Assembly (NCBI GenBank): GCA_021816935.1
Contig: JAKAWR010000005.1
Location: 10,256-74,255 of the forward strand
Source of the DNA: Actinomycetes bacterium
Lineage (GTDB): Bacteria; Actinomycetota; Acidimicrobiia; Acidimicrobiales; JAMCPL01
DNA length: 64,000 nt
Reading direction: 5' to 3'
Part shown: one piece after another, positions 20,891-31,063 of the stretch
How the letters are laid out: each line of letters opens with the position of its first letter
Numbering within the stretch: the first letter of the stretch is position 1
Translations under genes and position numbers: made by a program
Notes under the pieces: model-generated
The model's database searches: none
The model's input: the letters and a program-made list of their open reading frames with translations, nothing else
What the model was told of the DNA's origin: nothing

Positions 20891-22220
20891 CCCGTCCCGT
20901 CTGGTCGGCCATGCCCCCGGAGCGGGGGATGGCCGAGCTTGCGGTGGGTGGTCCGGTGCCGGAGCCGCCGCCGCGGGTGCGGCCGGAGCCGCCGCCGCCC
21001 GCGTTGGAGCCGGTGGCCGGGCCGGAGCCGGAGCCGGCAGCGCCGGACGCCCTTGATCTGCCGCTTGCCGGTCCGGGAGTGCCGCCCGCTTGCCGGTCCG
21101 GGCCTGCCTCCTCGGAACCGAGCGGAGGCAGGACCCTTCCCAGTGTCTCGACGGCTCGCCTCTGCTCGGGGGTCAGCTGGTTCGGAACGTCGACTTCGAC
21201 GGTCACCAGCAGATCGCCGGCGGGCTTGAGCCTGCCGGCTGGTACGCCCCATCCTTTCACCCTGAAAACCCGGCCTGACTTCGTACTAGGGGGTATTTTC
21301 AAGGTGACGGGCCGTAGCGGCGTGGGGACGGTGAGGGATGTGCCCAGCACTGCGTCACTGAACCTTATCGGCACGGTAAGGGTTACGTTACGCCCCGATC
21401 GGCCGAATGCCGAATGCCTTGCCACCCGTACGGCTACGTAAAGATCGCCTGGAGGCCCTCCGTTCGCACCGGGAGAACCCCTGCCCTTGACCCTTATCCG
21501 GCTGCCGTCTTCGACTCCGGCCGGGACCCGTACGTTTACCCGCCTGCTGGAAGCCAACTTGGCGGATCCTTGGCAGGACGGGCAGGGCTGCTCGACGACG
21601 GTGCCCCTCCCGCTGCAAGCGGGGCAGATCTGGGAAAGGGAGAACATGCCCTGGTTCTCGGCGAGCACGCCCGTTCCCGAGCACCGTTTGCAGCTCTTCG
21701 GCTGGGTGCCCGGGGCGGATCCGGTTCCCCGGCAGGTCGTGCACGGCATGTTGCTCGGGATGTTGACGGCGGTCGTGATGCCCTTGAAGGCATCGTCGAA
21801 CGATAAATGTAGCTGTGTCTCGATGTCCGCGCCCTTCCGGGGCCCGGTAGCCCGCTTCCCACCGCGCTGGCCGAAAAGCCCACCGAATACGTCTCCGAGG
21901 ATGCTCTGGAAATCCCCCCCCTCCTCGACCCGGTAGGTCCCGGCCCGCCCCTGGTTGCCGAACGGGAATCCGTAACCACCCCGTCCGGCTCCGACAAGCT
22001 TGCGGGTATCGTCGTACTCCTTGCGCTTGGCAGGATCTCCGAGCACGTCGTAGGCGGCGCTGATCTCCTTGAACTTGTCCTCGCTGCCGGGATTGGCATC
22101 CGGGTGGCATTGCTTGGCGAGCCGCCGGTAGGCCTTCGTAATATCCTTGTCAGAGGCGCTGCCGCCTACGCCGAGGATCTTGTAGTAGTCCTTCTCGAAC
22201 CACTCCCTCTGAACGGCCAC
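20847..22220 (-). CDS. dnaJ: chaperone DnaJ with Gly/Ser-rich C-terminal tail
   Basis: J-domain with DYYKILGV and HPD, and four CxxCxGxG zinc motifs ([31 protein letters not shown]). It overlaps the hspR start by 44 nt. Confidence 0.9.
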   Translation of the reverse strand: MAVQREWFEKDYYKILGVGGSASDKDITKAYRRLAKQCHPDANPGSEDKFKEISAAYDVLGDPAKRKEYDDTRKLVGAGRGGYGFPFGNQGRAGTYRVEEGGDFQSILGDVFGGLFGQRGGKRATGPRKGADIETQLHLSFDDAFKGITTAVNIPSNMPCTTCRGTGSAPGTQPKSCKRCSGTGVLAENQGMFSLSQICPACSGRGTVVEQPCPSCQGSAKLASSRRVNVRVPAGVEDGSRIRVKGRGSPGANGGPPGDLYVAVRVARHSAFGRSGRNVTLTVPIRFSDAVLGTSLTVPTPLRPVTLKIPPSTKSGRVFRVKGWGVPAGRLKPAGDLLVTVEVDVPNQLTPEQRRAVETLGRVLPPLGSEEAGPDRQAGGTPGPASGRSRASGAAGSGSGPATGSNAGGGGSGRTRGGGSGTGPPTASSAIPRSGGMADQTGRDGDGHARETTRGDA

Positions 22221-22236
22221 CGGCTTTGTACCCCTC

Positions 22237-23163
22237 TCAGCCCTGGACCCTGACCATCGCGGGCCGGAGCGTCCTTCCCTGGAAGCGATACCCGACCCGG
22301 AGCACCGCGGTTACGATCGCACCGTCGCCCCCCTGCGTCCCCCCGTCGCCGGAGATCCTCTCGTCGGCAACCGCCACGTCTGCCAGCGCCAGGGTAGCGG
22401 CGAACCCGGCTTCCATGCCCTCTGGATTCGCCGGGTCTGAGCTCGTCTGCGCTCCCGGCTCTCCGGCGGGAACGTGCTCGATAGCGTCGTGGCATACCGG
22501 ATCGAAGGCCACCCCGGCCCGGTCTATCCTTTCCAGACCTTCTCGCGCGAGCAGGTCGAAAAGCATTGCGCCGGCCTGGAGGAGCGCCTTCACATCACCG
22601 TTCCGGTCGGCAGATCCACCGAGATGCGTTGCCGCCATATCGAAGGTGTCTACGATGGGCAGGAGCTTCTCCACGAGTCCGGAGACGGCGTTGCTCGCCG
22701 TCTCGGCCTGCTGGCGCGCCGTACGCTTCCGGTAGTTCTCGAAATCGGCAGTCACGTGCCGAGCCATATCCAGGTAGCCGTCACGCTCCTCGGTGAGCTT
22801 CTTTACCTCCGAGACGAGGTCCGGAACCATGGTGCCTTCTCCTGGCGATTCGGACTGGCCGATCTCGGCCGGAGACGCGCCTTCTGAGGCGGGAGCGCCG
22901 GTTGCGCCTTGATGAGCGTCACATGGTGGCTCGTAGGTCTGCGCGGCGCGCCGGACCTTTCTCAGTGTAGGCGATGCGGTCGAGTCAGGCGCTTTCCCGG
23001 CACCTTTATCCGGCGAGGGGTATACGGGCGCCGGGACGCCCAGGCCGCCGGCCGATCCGGGGATGGCGTCCGGGTCTGGAGTCCCTGCAGTCGGAGAGAG
23101 GCCGTGGGTGGCCGTTGCTCGCGCGCCGTCGGCGCGTTTCGAGTGGGGATCTCGAGGGCTCAT
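22237..23163 (-). CDS. grpE: nucleotide exchange factor GrpE with long disordered N-terminus
   Basis: Motif [15 protein letters not shown], a C-terminal beta domain, and position between dnaK and dnaJ. Confidence 0.88.
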   Translation of the reverse strand: MSPRDPHSKRADGARATATHGLSPTAGTPDPDAIPGSAGGLGVPAPVYPSPDKGAGKAPDSTASPTLRKVRRAAQTYEPPCDAHQGATGAPASEGASPAEIGQSESPGEGTMVPDLVSEVKKLTEERDGYLDMARHVTADFENYRKRTARQQAETASNAVSGLVEKLLPIVDTFDMAATHLGGSADRNGDVKALLQAGAMLFDLLAREGLERIDRAGVAFDPVCHDAIEHVPAGEPGAQTSSDPANPEGMEAGFAATLALADVAVADERISGDGGTQGGDGAIVTAVLRVGYRFQGRTLRPAMVRVQG

Positions 23164-23168
23164 CGATC

Positions 23169-25028
23169 TTATGCACCGCCTTCGTCGACTATCTCGGCAT
23201 CGACCACCTCTTCGTCGCCCGGGGCCACCGTGGCGGTGTCCGGGGAAGAACTCCCGTCATATCCGGCGCCCTGAGCCTGAGCCTGGCGTGACGCCTCTTC
23301 GTAGAGACGTTGAGTGAAGGTGTGCGAAGCAGTTACGAGTTCCTCGGTCGCCTCCTTTATCCGGTCGATGTCCGAGCCCTCGAGCGCCTTCTCGAGAGTG
23401 GAGAGCTTGGCAGAGACGTTCTCGCGTTCCTCGCCCTGAAGCTTGTCCTGCTGCTCGGAGAGGAGCTTCTTCGTCTGGTACACAAGGTTGTCTGCGTTGT
23501 TGCGGGTCTCCGCCTCTTCGCGGCGCTTTCGATCGTCGGCCTCGTGGGATTCGGCGTCCCGGACCATCTTGTCGATCTCGTCCTTGCCGAGAGCTGACTG
23601 GCCCGTGATCGTCATCGACTGCTCCTTCGAGGTGGCAAGGTCCTTTGCCGACACGTGTACGATACCGTTTGCGTCGATGTCGAATGCCACCTCAATCTGG
23701 GGTATGCCCCGGGGCGCGGGCGGAAGGTCGACGAGCTGGAACTTGCCCAGCGTCTTGTTGTACATCGCCATCTCGCGCTCACCTTGAAGGACGTGTATCT
23801 CGACCGAAGGCTGGTTGTCATCCGCTGTGGTGAAAACCTCGGACCGCCGCGTAGGTATGGTGGTGTTCCGCTCGATGAGCCGGTGCATCACGCCACCCTT
23901 CGTCTCGATACCGAGCGAGAGGGGAGTTACGTCGAGAAGGAGGATGTCCTTCACGTCACCCTTGAGGACGCCAGCCTGGATGGCCGCTCCGACCGCGACG
24001 ACCTCGTCCGGGTTGACTCCCTTGTGCGCCTCCTTGCCGGTCAGCTGTTGCACCAGATCGGAGATGGCGGGCATCCGGGTGGATCCGCCAACGAGGATTA
24101 CGTGGTCCAAGTCCTCCTTCTTGAGGGCGGCGTCCTTTATCGCCTGCTCGAACGGACCTTTGCATTTCTCGACGAGATCCTCGGTCAGCTCCTGGAACTT
24201 GGATCTTGTGAGCTTCAGGTCGAGGTGCTTCGGCCCTTCGGAGGTCGCTGTGATGAACGGTAGGTTAATCTGGGTCTCCTGGACCGTCGAGAGCTCGATC
24301 TTGGCCTTCTCCCCCGCCTCCTTGAGGCGCTGCATCGCCATCTTGTCGGTAGAGAGGTCGACGCCCTCGGTGTCCTTGAATGTCTTCACCATCCAGTCGA
24401 TCACACGCTGGTCCCAGTCGTCCCCGCCAAGGTTGGTGTTGCCCGATGTGGACTTTACCTCGAAGACGCCCTCGCCTATCTCGAGAATTGACACGTCGAA
24501 GGTCCCGCCGCCCAGGTCGAACACGAGGATGGTCTGGTCCTTGCCCTCCTTGTCGAGGCCGTAGGCGAGCGCCGCAGCGGTCGGTTCGTTGATAATCCGC
24601 AAGACCTCGAGGCCGGCGATCTGCCCCGCCTCCTTCGTGGCCGTGCGCTGCGCGTCGTCGAAGTAGGCCGGAGTGGTGATGACCGCCTGGGTCACCGTAT
24701 CGCCGAGGTACGACTCCGCGTCCCGCTTCAACTTTTGCAGGATCCGGGCGGAGATCTCCTGAGGGGTGTACTTCTTCCCGTCGATATCGATGTTCCAGCT
24801 CGTCGAGCCCATGTGGCGCTTCACGGATCGGACCGTTCGATCCGGGTTGGTGATCACCTGGCGTTTTGCTACCTCGCCGACGAGCACCTCGCCGGTCTTG
24901 GAGAATCCGACAATCGAGGGAGTCGTCCTGCCCCCCTCGGCGTTCGTTATGACCACCGGCTCACCGCCTTCGAGCACGCTCACCACCGAGTTGGTGGTCC
25001 CGAGGTCGATTCCTACTGCTTTCGACAT
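23169..25028 (-). CDS. dnaK: chaperone DnaK (Hsp70)
   Basis: [16 protein letters not shown] and [10 protein letters not shown]. The start ATG at 25028 is preceded by GGAGGAAATCAA. The track ORF extends to 25127. Confidence 0.95.
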   Translation of the reverse strand: MSKAVGIDLGTTNSVVSVLEGGEPVVITNAEGGRTTPSIVGFSKTGEVLVGEVAKRQVITNPDRTVRSVKRHMGSTSWNIDIDGKKYTPQEISARILQKLKRDAESYLGDTVTQAVITTPAYFDDAQRTATKEAGQIAGLEVLRIINEPTAAALAYGLDKEGKDQTILVFDLGGGTFDVSILEIGEGVFEVKSTSGNTNLGGDDWDQRVIDWMVKTFKDTEGVDLSTDKMAMQRLKEAGEKAKIELSTVQETQINLPFITATSEGPKHLDLKLTRSKFQELTEDLVEKCKGPFEQAIKDAALKKEDLDHVILVGGSTRMPAISDLVQQLTGKEAHKGVNPDEVVAVGAAIQAGVLKGDVKDILLLDVTPLSLGIETKGGVMHRLIERNTTIPTRRSEVFTTADDNQPSVEIHVLQGEREMAMYNKTLGKFQLVDLPPAPRGIPQIEVAFDIDANGIVHVSAKDLATSKEQSMTITGQSALGKDEIDKMVRDAESHEADDRKRREEAETRNNADNLVYQTKKLLSEQQDKLQGEERENVSAKLSTLEKALEGSDIDRIKEATEELVTASHTFTQRLYEEASRQAQAQGAGYDGSSSPDTATVAPGDEEVVDAEIVDEGGA

Positions 25029-25147
25029 TTGATTTCCTCCGTAGTCTGCGTTCGCGGTGTCTCGTGTCTCTCTATCGCCCGCCCTGGCCGTCGCCGGTCG
25101 TGCGTTCGTAGCTGCGCCCGGCGGCATTGGTCAGGTTACCTCTCCCT

Positions 25148-25176
25148 ACTATAGCACAGCTCAGCAAGTGTGTCAA
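25148..25176 (-). promoter_or_regulatory. sigma-70-type promoter for the dnaK operon
   Basis: On the minus strand: TTGACA (25176-25171), a 17-nt spacer, then TATAGT (25153-25148), about 120 nt upstream of the dnaK ATG. An imperfect inverted repeat GCTCAAC...GCTGAGC brackets the -35. Confidence 0.6.
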
Positions 25177-25280
25177 TCGGCAGGAAGGATAGTTGAGCGT
25201 AATGTTATCATGCACGGCGCCATATGCGTTGACGGTCCGCAAGTGGTCGGGAGGATGTCGGATGGCGGTGGCGCTACGGG

Positions 25281-26045
25281 ATGGGACGGCGTAGTATCGG
25301 CCTTGTGCTGGAACTGACCCTGTTGAGGCATGGCGAATCGGCTTGGAACGCCGAGAACCGCTTCACCGGTTGGACCGATGTGGACCTATCGACGGAGGGC
25401 GAGGAGGAGGCGCGCCGGGCCGGACAGCTCATGCGCGAGGCGGGTATCGAGCCAACCGTGGTTCACACCTCAGTGCTTACGAGGGCTGTGCGGACCGCCA
25501 ATTTGGCTCTTGACGAGATGGGCCTCGCGTGGCTGCCCGTGAGGCGCCACTGGCGGCTGAACGAGCGGCATTACGGCGCGCTACAGGGGCTGAACAAGTT
25601 GGAGACCGCGCAGCGTTACGGATCGGAGCAGGTGAAGGAGTGGCGCCGGAGCTATGCGGTCCCGCCACCGCCGCTCGAGCCATCCGACGAGCGCCATCCG
25701 GTTCACGATCCACGCTACCGTGAGGTGCTACCCGAGGCACTTCCGGCGACGGAGTGCCTCAAAGACGTCGTGGGGAGGATGCTTCCATACTACGAGGACG
25801 CGATCGTGCCGGACCTCATACGCCTGCGCTCGGTTCTCGTCGTGGCCCATGGCAACTCACTGCGGGCTCTCGTCAAGCACCTCGATGCAATATCGGACTC
25901 AGATGTGGTCGAGTTGAACATTCCCACAGGCGTTCCCAGGCGCTACGTGCTGGGTGATGATTTGTCGGTCGGCGAGGTTGCCTACCTCGGCGATCGGGCC
26001 GATATCGAAAGGGCTACCGAGAGCGTGGCCCGCCAGGCCGGTTGA
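25281..26045 (+). CDS. gpmA: 2,3-bisphosphoglycerate-dependent phosphoglycerate mutase
   Basis: Motifs [33 protein letters not shown] and HGNSLRAL. An alternative GTG start lies at 25305. Confidence 0.9.
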   Translation: MGRRSIGLVLELTLLRHGESAWNAENRFTGWTDVDLSTEGEEEARRAGQLMREAGIEPTVVHTSVLTRAVRTANLALDEMGLAWLPVRRHWRLNERHYGALQGLNKLETAQRYGSEQVKEWRRSYAVPPPPLEPSDERHPVHDPRYREVLPEALPATECLKDVVGRMLPYYEDAIVPDLIRLRSVLVVAHGNSLRALVKHLDAISDSDVVELNIPTGVPRRYVLGDDLSVGEVAYLGDRADIERATESVARQAG

Positions 26046-26112
26046 TCGGCTCTTCGTAGGGAGCCGGGTGGCCCTGCCAGGGCATGCCGGCCGATCGGCT
26101 GGCACCGGGGAG

Positions 26113-26183
26113 AGCGGGCGACGGGAATCGAACCCGCGCCATCAGCTTGGGAAGCTGGAGTTCTACCACTGAACTACGCCCGC
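26113..26183 (-). tRNA. tRNA-Gly (anticodon CCC)
   Basis: Minus-strand fold: acceptor GCGGGCG/CGCCCGC, anticodon stem CCAGC/GCTGA with loop TTCCCAA, T-loop TTCGATT, discriminator T, no encoded CCA. Confidence 0.9.
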
Positions 26184-26208
26184 AAGGTGAACTCATACTA
26201 TCGTAGCG

Positions 26209-26799
26209 GTGATGGTCTTGTCCGACGTTTCGATCAAAGAGGAGATGGCCGCGGGGCGGATCGTGATAGAGCCACTACATGTTGGTTGCATCCAACCTTC
26301 CTCGGTGGACCTTCACGTGGACCGCTTCTTCCGGCTTTTCCGCAACCACACGATGAAGGTAATAGACGTGGCCGAGTCCCAGGAGGACCTGACGGAGCTG
26401 GTGAAGATAGAAGGTGCCGATCCTCTGATCCTGCATCCCGGAGAGTTCGTCCTCGGATCGACGCTGGAGAAGGTGACGCTGCCGGACGATCTAGTTGCCC
26501 GGCTCGAAGGCAAATCCTCACTCGGGCGCCTGGGGCTCCTGATCCATTCGACGGCCGGGTTCGTTGACGCAGGATGGGACGGACACCTCACCCTCGAGCT
26601 GTCGAACGTGGCAAATCTCCCTATCACGGTCTATCCTGGCATGGCGATCGGCCAGATCAGCTTTCTCAGGATGACCACCCCCGCCGAGAACCCCTACGGG
26701 TCTGCGGTACTCGGCTCGAAATACCACGGGCAGCTCGGGCCGACCCCGAGCCGTTACTACGAGAACTTTGCAAGTCCGCGGACGACTGGGAAGGAGTAG
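26209..26799 (+). CDS. dcd: dCTP deaminase
   Basis: [19 protein letters not shown], and [17 protein letters not shown], typical of the Dcd/dUTPase fold. Confidence 0.88.
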   Translation: MMVLSDVSIKEEMAAGRIVIEPLHVGCIQPSSVDLHVDRFFRLFRNHTMKVIDVAESQEDLTELVKIEGADPLILHPGEFVLGSTLEKVTLPDDLVARLEGKSSLGRLGLLIHSTAGFVDAGWDGHLTLELSNVANLPITVYPGMAIGQISFLRMTTPAENPYGSAVLGSKYHGQLGPTPSRYYENFASPRTTGKE

Positions 26800-26802
26800 A
26801 CG

Positions 26803-28953
26803 ATGCATAACCTGGCCACCCTGGAGGGTCCCGGAGGCCCGATAGCCGTTCGTGAGGTGATAGGGCTTGTGGTGACCGCGGTCGCTCTCGGGATCGCGGG
26901 GCGGCGATTGGTATTCCTGGGACGCCTCGTTTCGCGAGGTAAGGCGGACCAGTACGGCCGGCTGAAGAACATCCCCAAGCGCATTTGGGCAGAGCTGTCA
27001 GAAGTGATCGGTCAGCGGAAGCTCCTCCAGCGCAAAGTGCCCGGCATATCCCACGCAGCGACGTTCTGGGGCTTTATCATCCTGCTGTTCACCATCATCG
27101 AGGCGTACGGCGACCTGTTCTCCAAGACGTTCTCCATCCCGGGCATAGGCCACGCTGCGGTACTGGGCTTCCTGGAAGATCTCTTTTCGGTCGCCATCCT
27201 TGTCGCCCTCTGCGTTTTCGGCGTCATAAGGTTTGTCGCCTCGCCCAAACGGAGGGATCGCCAGTCGCGTTTCTTCGGTTCCCACTTGACGGCAGCCTGG
27301 ATCACCCTTGTGATGATCGCCCTCGTGGTCATCTCACTTCTTCTCTACCGTGCCGCCCAGACGAACGTTGGCGAGTTTCCCTACGGGTGGTGGGCCTTCG
27401 CAAGCCACGGGATCGGGAGGGCCCTGTCGGGATTGGGTAAGACCGTCAACGGTGACCTGGTTACCGTATTTGTGCTGCTCAACATCGCGGTGATCATGAG
27501 CTTCCTCGTGCTGGTCGTCCATTCGAAGCACCTGCACATTTTCGCGGCTCCGGTGAACGTGCTCACCTCCCGGCGCCCCCGGGCACTTGGCGCGCTTTAC
27601 TCGACGCCTTCGATGGACATGGAGGCGGTCGACGAGGACACGGTATTCGGTGCCGGCCATATCGAGGACCTAAGCTGGAAGCAGCTTCTTGACACGCTCA
27701 CTTGCACGGAATGCGGGAGGTGCCAGGCCGTCTGTCCGGCATGGAACACAGGCAAGCCCCTGTCGCCAAAGCTCCTTGTCATGTCGTTGAGGGACAGCCT
27801 GCTTGCTTCTGCGCCGCGCCTTCTGGCCGGGAACGGGCACGGGAAGGCCGGAGGGGGCGCTGTAGATGGCGGGGAACGGGGGACCGGCGGAGATGTAGCA
27901 AGTGCCGCAAGCTCCGGGAGTGCCGGCACCGCCGAAGTGCCCACGCTGGTCCCATCGACTATAGAGCCTGACGTGCTGTGGTCCTGCCTTACGTGCGGCG
28001 CCTGCGTGGAGGAGTGCCCGGTCGACATCGAGCACGTGGATGCCATAGTCGACATGCGGCGGTACGAGGTGTTGATGGAGTCCCGGTTCCCGAGCGAGGC
28101 GGGTACGATGCTGCGCAACATCGAGAACCAGGGCGACCCCTGGGGTCTCGGCTCCTCGAAAAGGACCGAGTGGACAGCCCAGCTCGATTTCGAGGTGCCG
28201 GTGGTCGACGGCGAGATCGCAGAGGACATCGAGTACCTTTACTGGGTGGGATGTGCCGGCGCCCTCGACGAGAGGGCGAGGAAGTCTACCCTGGCAACTG
28301 CCCGCATACTGCACGAGGCGGGGGTGAAGTTCGCCATTCTCGGGCCGAGGGAGAGTTGCACAGGCGATCCGGCCCGCAGGATCGGGAACGAGTACCTTTA
28401 CCAGGAGCAGGCTAAGACCAACATAGAGACCCTCAAGGCTGCCGGTGCGAGGAAGATCGTCACAACGTGCCCGCACTGCTTCAACTCGATCGCGAACGAG
28501 TACCCGTTTCTCGGGGGCGAGTTCGAGGTGATCCACCACAGCCAGTTGCTTGACCACTTGGTCGCCGCCGGCCGGCTGTCACCCGGCACCGGGTTGCATG
28601 CTACGGTCGCATATCACGATCCGTGTTACCTGGGGCGCCACAACAGGGTTTTCGACGAGCCGAGGAACGTCCTGTCTGCCATACCAGGCGTTACCAGCGT
28701 CGAGATGCATCGCCACCGGGAGCGGAGCTTCTGCTGTGGTGCCGGGGGGGCGAGGATGTGGCTGGAGGAGGGCATAGGCAAGCGGGTGAACATGGAGCGC
28801 ACCGGCGAGGCCCTGGCGACCGGAGCCGATGTGGTTTCCACCGCGTGCCCATACTGCCTTATCATGATTGACGACGCGGTGAAGGCCAATCAGAAGGAGG
28901 ACGAGGTGAAGGTGCTCGACCTCTCCCAAGTCATGGAGGCCTCGCGGGACTGA
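26803..28953 (+). CDS. membrane-anchored Fe-S oxidoreductase (HdrD/GlpC-like, two CCG domains)
   Basis: N-terminal multi-TM region, two 4Fe-4S motifs (CTECGRCQAVCP and CLTCGACVEECP), and C-terminal Cys-rich CPHC...CCGAGG motifs. Confidence 0.8.
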   Translation: MHNLATLEGPGGPIAVREVIGLVVTAVALGIAGRRLVFLGRLVSRGKADQYGRLKNIPKRIWAELSEVIGQRKLLQRKVPGISHAATFWGFIILLFTIIEAYGDLFSKTFSIPGIGHAAVLGFLEDLFSVAILVALCVFGVIRFVASPKRRDRQSRFFGSHLTAAWITLVMIALVVISLLLYRAAQTNVGEFPYGWWAFASHGIGRALSGLGKTVNGDLVTVFVLLNIAVIMSFLVLVVHSKHLHIFAAPVNVLTSRRPRALGALYSTPSMDMEAVDEDTVFGAGHIEDLSWKQLLDTLTCTECGRCQAVCPAWNTGKPLSPKLLVMSLRDSLLASAPRLLAGNGHGKAGGGAVDGGERGTGGDVASAASSGSAGTAEVPTLVPSTIEPDVLWSCLTCGACVEECPVDIEHVDAIVDMRRYEVLMESRFPSEAGTMLRNIENQGDPWGLGSSKRTEWTAQLDFEVPVVDGEIAEDIEYLYWVGCAGALDERARKSTLATARILHEAGVKFAILGPRESCTGDPARRIGNEYLYQEQAKTNIETLKAAGARKIVTTCPHCFNSIANEYPFLGGEFEVIHHSQLLDHLVAAGRLSPGTGLHATVAYHDPCYLGRHNRVFDEPRNVLSAIPGVTSVEMHRHRERSFCCGAGGARMWLEEGIGKRVNMERTGEALATGADVVSTACPYCLIMIDDAVKANQKEDEVKVLDLSQVMEASRD

Positions 28954-28960
28954 CCTGTTA

Positions 28961-29389
28961 TCAGGAGTTGGCGAACGCCTTGGCGTCGGCCCCGCGCAGG
29001 CGCACGGCCATTGCGGAGAGGAGACGGGTGGCGATCGAAGGCATCTCGTCGAGGATCCCGTGGAAGCGGCGGTACTCCATTACGAGCAGGTGCATCTCCG
29101 TGTCCGCCACCACCGATGCCGATCTCGGCTGCTTATCCAGCAGGGACAGCTCGCCGAAGTACTGGCCGGGCCCGAGCGTGGCAATCTTGCGTCCGCGCCT
29201 CACGACCGACGCACGGCCCCGCAGTATCAGGAAGAACTCCTTGCCCATCGACGCTTCACTGCACAGCTCCCTTCCCGCCGGCACGGTCACCTCCTCCACG
29301 GCCTTGCGGATGCGGCGAAGCTCGTTCGGCCTGCAGGCCGAGAAAAGCCAGATGTTGCCGAGATCCGTGTCCTTTACTGAACTGTCCAT
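28961..29389 (-). CDS. cyclic-nucleotide-binding domain protein
   Basis: cNMP-binding signature GKEFFLILRGRASV...GPGQYFGELSLLD...RSASV. 142 aa, a stand-alone domain. Confidence 0.75.
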   Translation of the reverse strand: MDSSVKDTDLGNIWLFSACRPNELRRIRKAVEEVTVPAGRELCSEASMGKEFFLILRGRASVVRRGRKIATLGPGQYFGELSLLDKQPRSASVVADTEMHLLVMEYRRFHGILDEMPSIATRLLSAMAVRLRGADAKAFANS

Positions 29390-29510
29390 GCAGTGAGGAT
29401 ATCATGGCTGCGCCGGGGATACCATGGCCGGAGGTGCGCTGATCGGTATCGGGGTCCCCTATTCGGTGCACACCCGCGGCGTACGATACCGATATGGGCC
29501 GGTGCGCAAG

Positions 29511-29530
29511 TTTTCCACAGCTTATCCAGA
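29511..29530 (+). promoter_or_regulatory. two adjacent DnaA-box-like 9-mers upstream of dnaB
   Basis: TTTTCCACA (29511-29519) and TTATCCAGA (29522-29530) each differ by 1 nt from TTATCCACA. They lie 70-90 nt upstream of the dnaB ORF. Confidence 0.3.
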
Positions 29531-29600
29531 GAAGCGGCTGCAATTTCCACCGGTTTTCAGCAGATAGCCACGTAGCGGATCCCCAGGCAGATCGTTCAAG

Positions 29601-30977
29601 GTGGTAGGGATGGCACAGCTCCTCGACACGCGAACCCGATCGAACGTACGCCCTATCGGCGGCCGAGTGCCTCCGCACAACCTCGAGGCCGAGGAGTCGC
29701 TGCTCGGTGCGATGCTGCTCTCCAAGGAGGCGGCGGGCTCCGCTGTCGATCGCGTGAGCCCCGAAGACTTCTACAAGCCCGCTCATTCGGCGATCTTCTC
29801 CGCAGTTCGTGCGCTGTACCTGCGCGGCGAACCGGTGGACGCCGTAACCGTCTACGAAGAGGTTACCAGGTCGGGAGCGGGAGACTTCGTCGCGGACGCC
29901 TCAGTTCTCGTGTCACTCCAGGTTGCTACCCCGACCGCAGGAGGCGTCGAGAGCTACGCGAGGATCGTGGAAGAGTATGCCCTCCTCCGGCGAATGATCG
30001 CGGCTGCCGGACAGATAGCGGATCTCGGCTATGAGGCTCCCGCGGACGTTACCGCTGCGCTGGACCAGGCTGAGTCCCTCATATTCGAGGTGGCGGAGCG
30101 GAGGGTCATTGACTCCCTGCAGGGCATCAAGGACCTGTTGCAGGGTAGTGTCAATGCCCTCGAGGAGATCGCAGCAAACGGGCGATCCGTCACGGGGACG
30201 CCGACCGGCTACCGCGATCTGGACGAGCATCTCTCGGGCCTGCAACCCTCCAACCTGGTGATCGTGGGTGCTCGCCCGTCCGCAGGCAAGACATCTTTCG
30301 CTCTTGGCGCCGTCTCGCATGTGGCCATCCACGAAGCGAAGCCCGTTCTCCTGTTCTCCCTGGAGATGAACCACATGGAGATCACCCAGCGTCTCATCGC
30401 CGCCGAGGCCAGGATCGACGTGACCAAGTTGCGCAGCGGTCGCCTTACCAATGCCGACTGGTCGAACGTCTGGACCGCCATAGCCCGGCTGGAGACTGCC
30501 CCCATCTGGATCGACGACAACCCGTCAGTCACAGTCATGGACATACGGGCGAAGGCCCGCCGCTTCATGGCCACCCAAAAGGGGCTTGGGCTCGTGGTTG
30601 TCGACTACATGCAGCTCATGACCGGTCGGGCGGGTGCCGAGAACCGCCAGGTAGAAGTGTCAGAGATATCGAGAGGCCTGAAGATTCTCGCTCGCGAGCT
30701 GAACGTACCCGTGCTCGCCCTCTCTCAGCTCTCCCGGGGTCTCGAGATGCGATCGGACAAGCGCCCGATGCTTGCGGACCTGAGGGAGTCCGGCTCCCTC
30801 GAACAGGACGCCGACGTCGTGCTCTTCATATACAGAGACGAGCTGTACAACCCGGAGTCGCCCGACCGCGGCACTGCCGAGATAATGGTTGCCAAGCACC
30901 GCAACGGACCTATAGGTGTGGTCAAGCTGGCTTTCGTGGAACGGTATGCCCGTTTTACCAACTATGCCCGGATGTGA
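29601..30977 (+). CDS. dnaB: replicative DNA helicase DnaB (no intein)
   Basis: N-terminal PPHNLEAEESLLGAMLL, Walker A GARPSAGKTSFAL, and LSQLSRGLE. Confidence 0.93.
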   Translation: MVGMAQLLDTRTRSNVRPIGGRVPPHNLEAEESLLGAMLLSKEAAGSAVDRVSPEDFYKPAHSAIFSAVRALYLRGEPVDAVTVYEEVTRSGAGDFVADASVLVSLQVATPTAGGVESYARIVEEYALLRRMIAAAGQIADLGYEAPADVTAALDQAESLIFEVAERRVIDSLQGIKDLLQGSVNALEEIAANGRSVTGTPTGYRDLDEHLSGLQPSNLVIVGARPSAGKTSFALGAVSHVAIHEAKPVLLFSLEMNHMEITQRLIAAEARIDVTKLRSGRLTNADWSNVWTAIARLETAPIWIDDNPSVTVMDIRAKARRFMATQKGLGLVVVDYMQLMTGRAGAENRQVEVSEISRGLKILARELNVPVLALSQLSRGLEMRSDKRPMLADLRESGSLEQDADVVLFIYRDELYNPESPDRGTAEIMVAKHRNGPIGVVKLAFVERYARFTNYARM

Positions 30978-31063
30978 TGCTTGAGTGGCGAGTCCCGCCT
31001 GCACCACGCTCCGGACGCCATCCCGGATCTTCGCTCTTGGCGTGACCGGACTGCGAGCGTTCC

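Noticed and set aside
25029-25280. Canonical HAIR (CTTGAGT-N7-ACTCAAG) or CIRCE operator upstream of dnaK
   Set aside because: Searched by eye on both strands. Only weak partial matches were found, so no operator is annotated.
27670-28557. 295-aa minus-strand ORF (and 27597..28229)
   Set aside because: It is antisense to the Fe-S oxidoreductase gene, whose 4Fe-4S and CCG motifs define the true frame.
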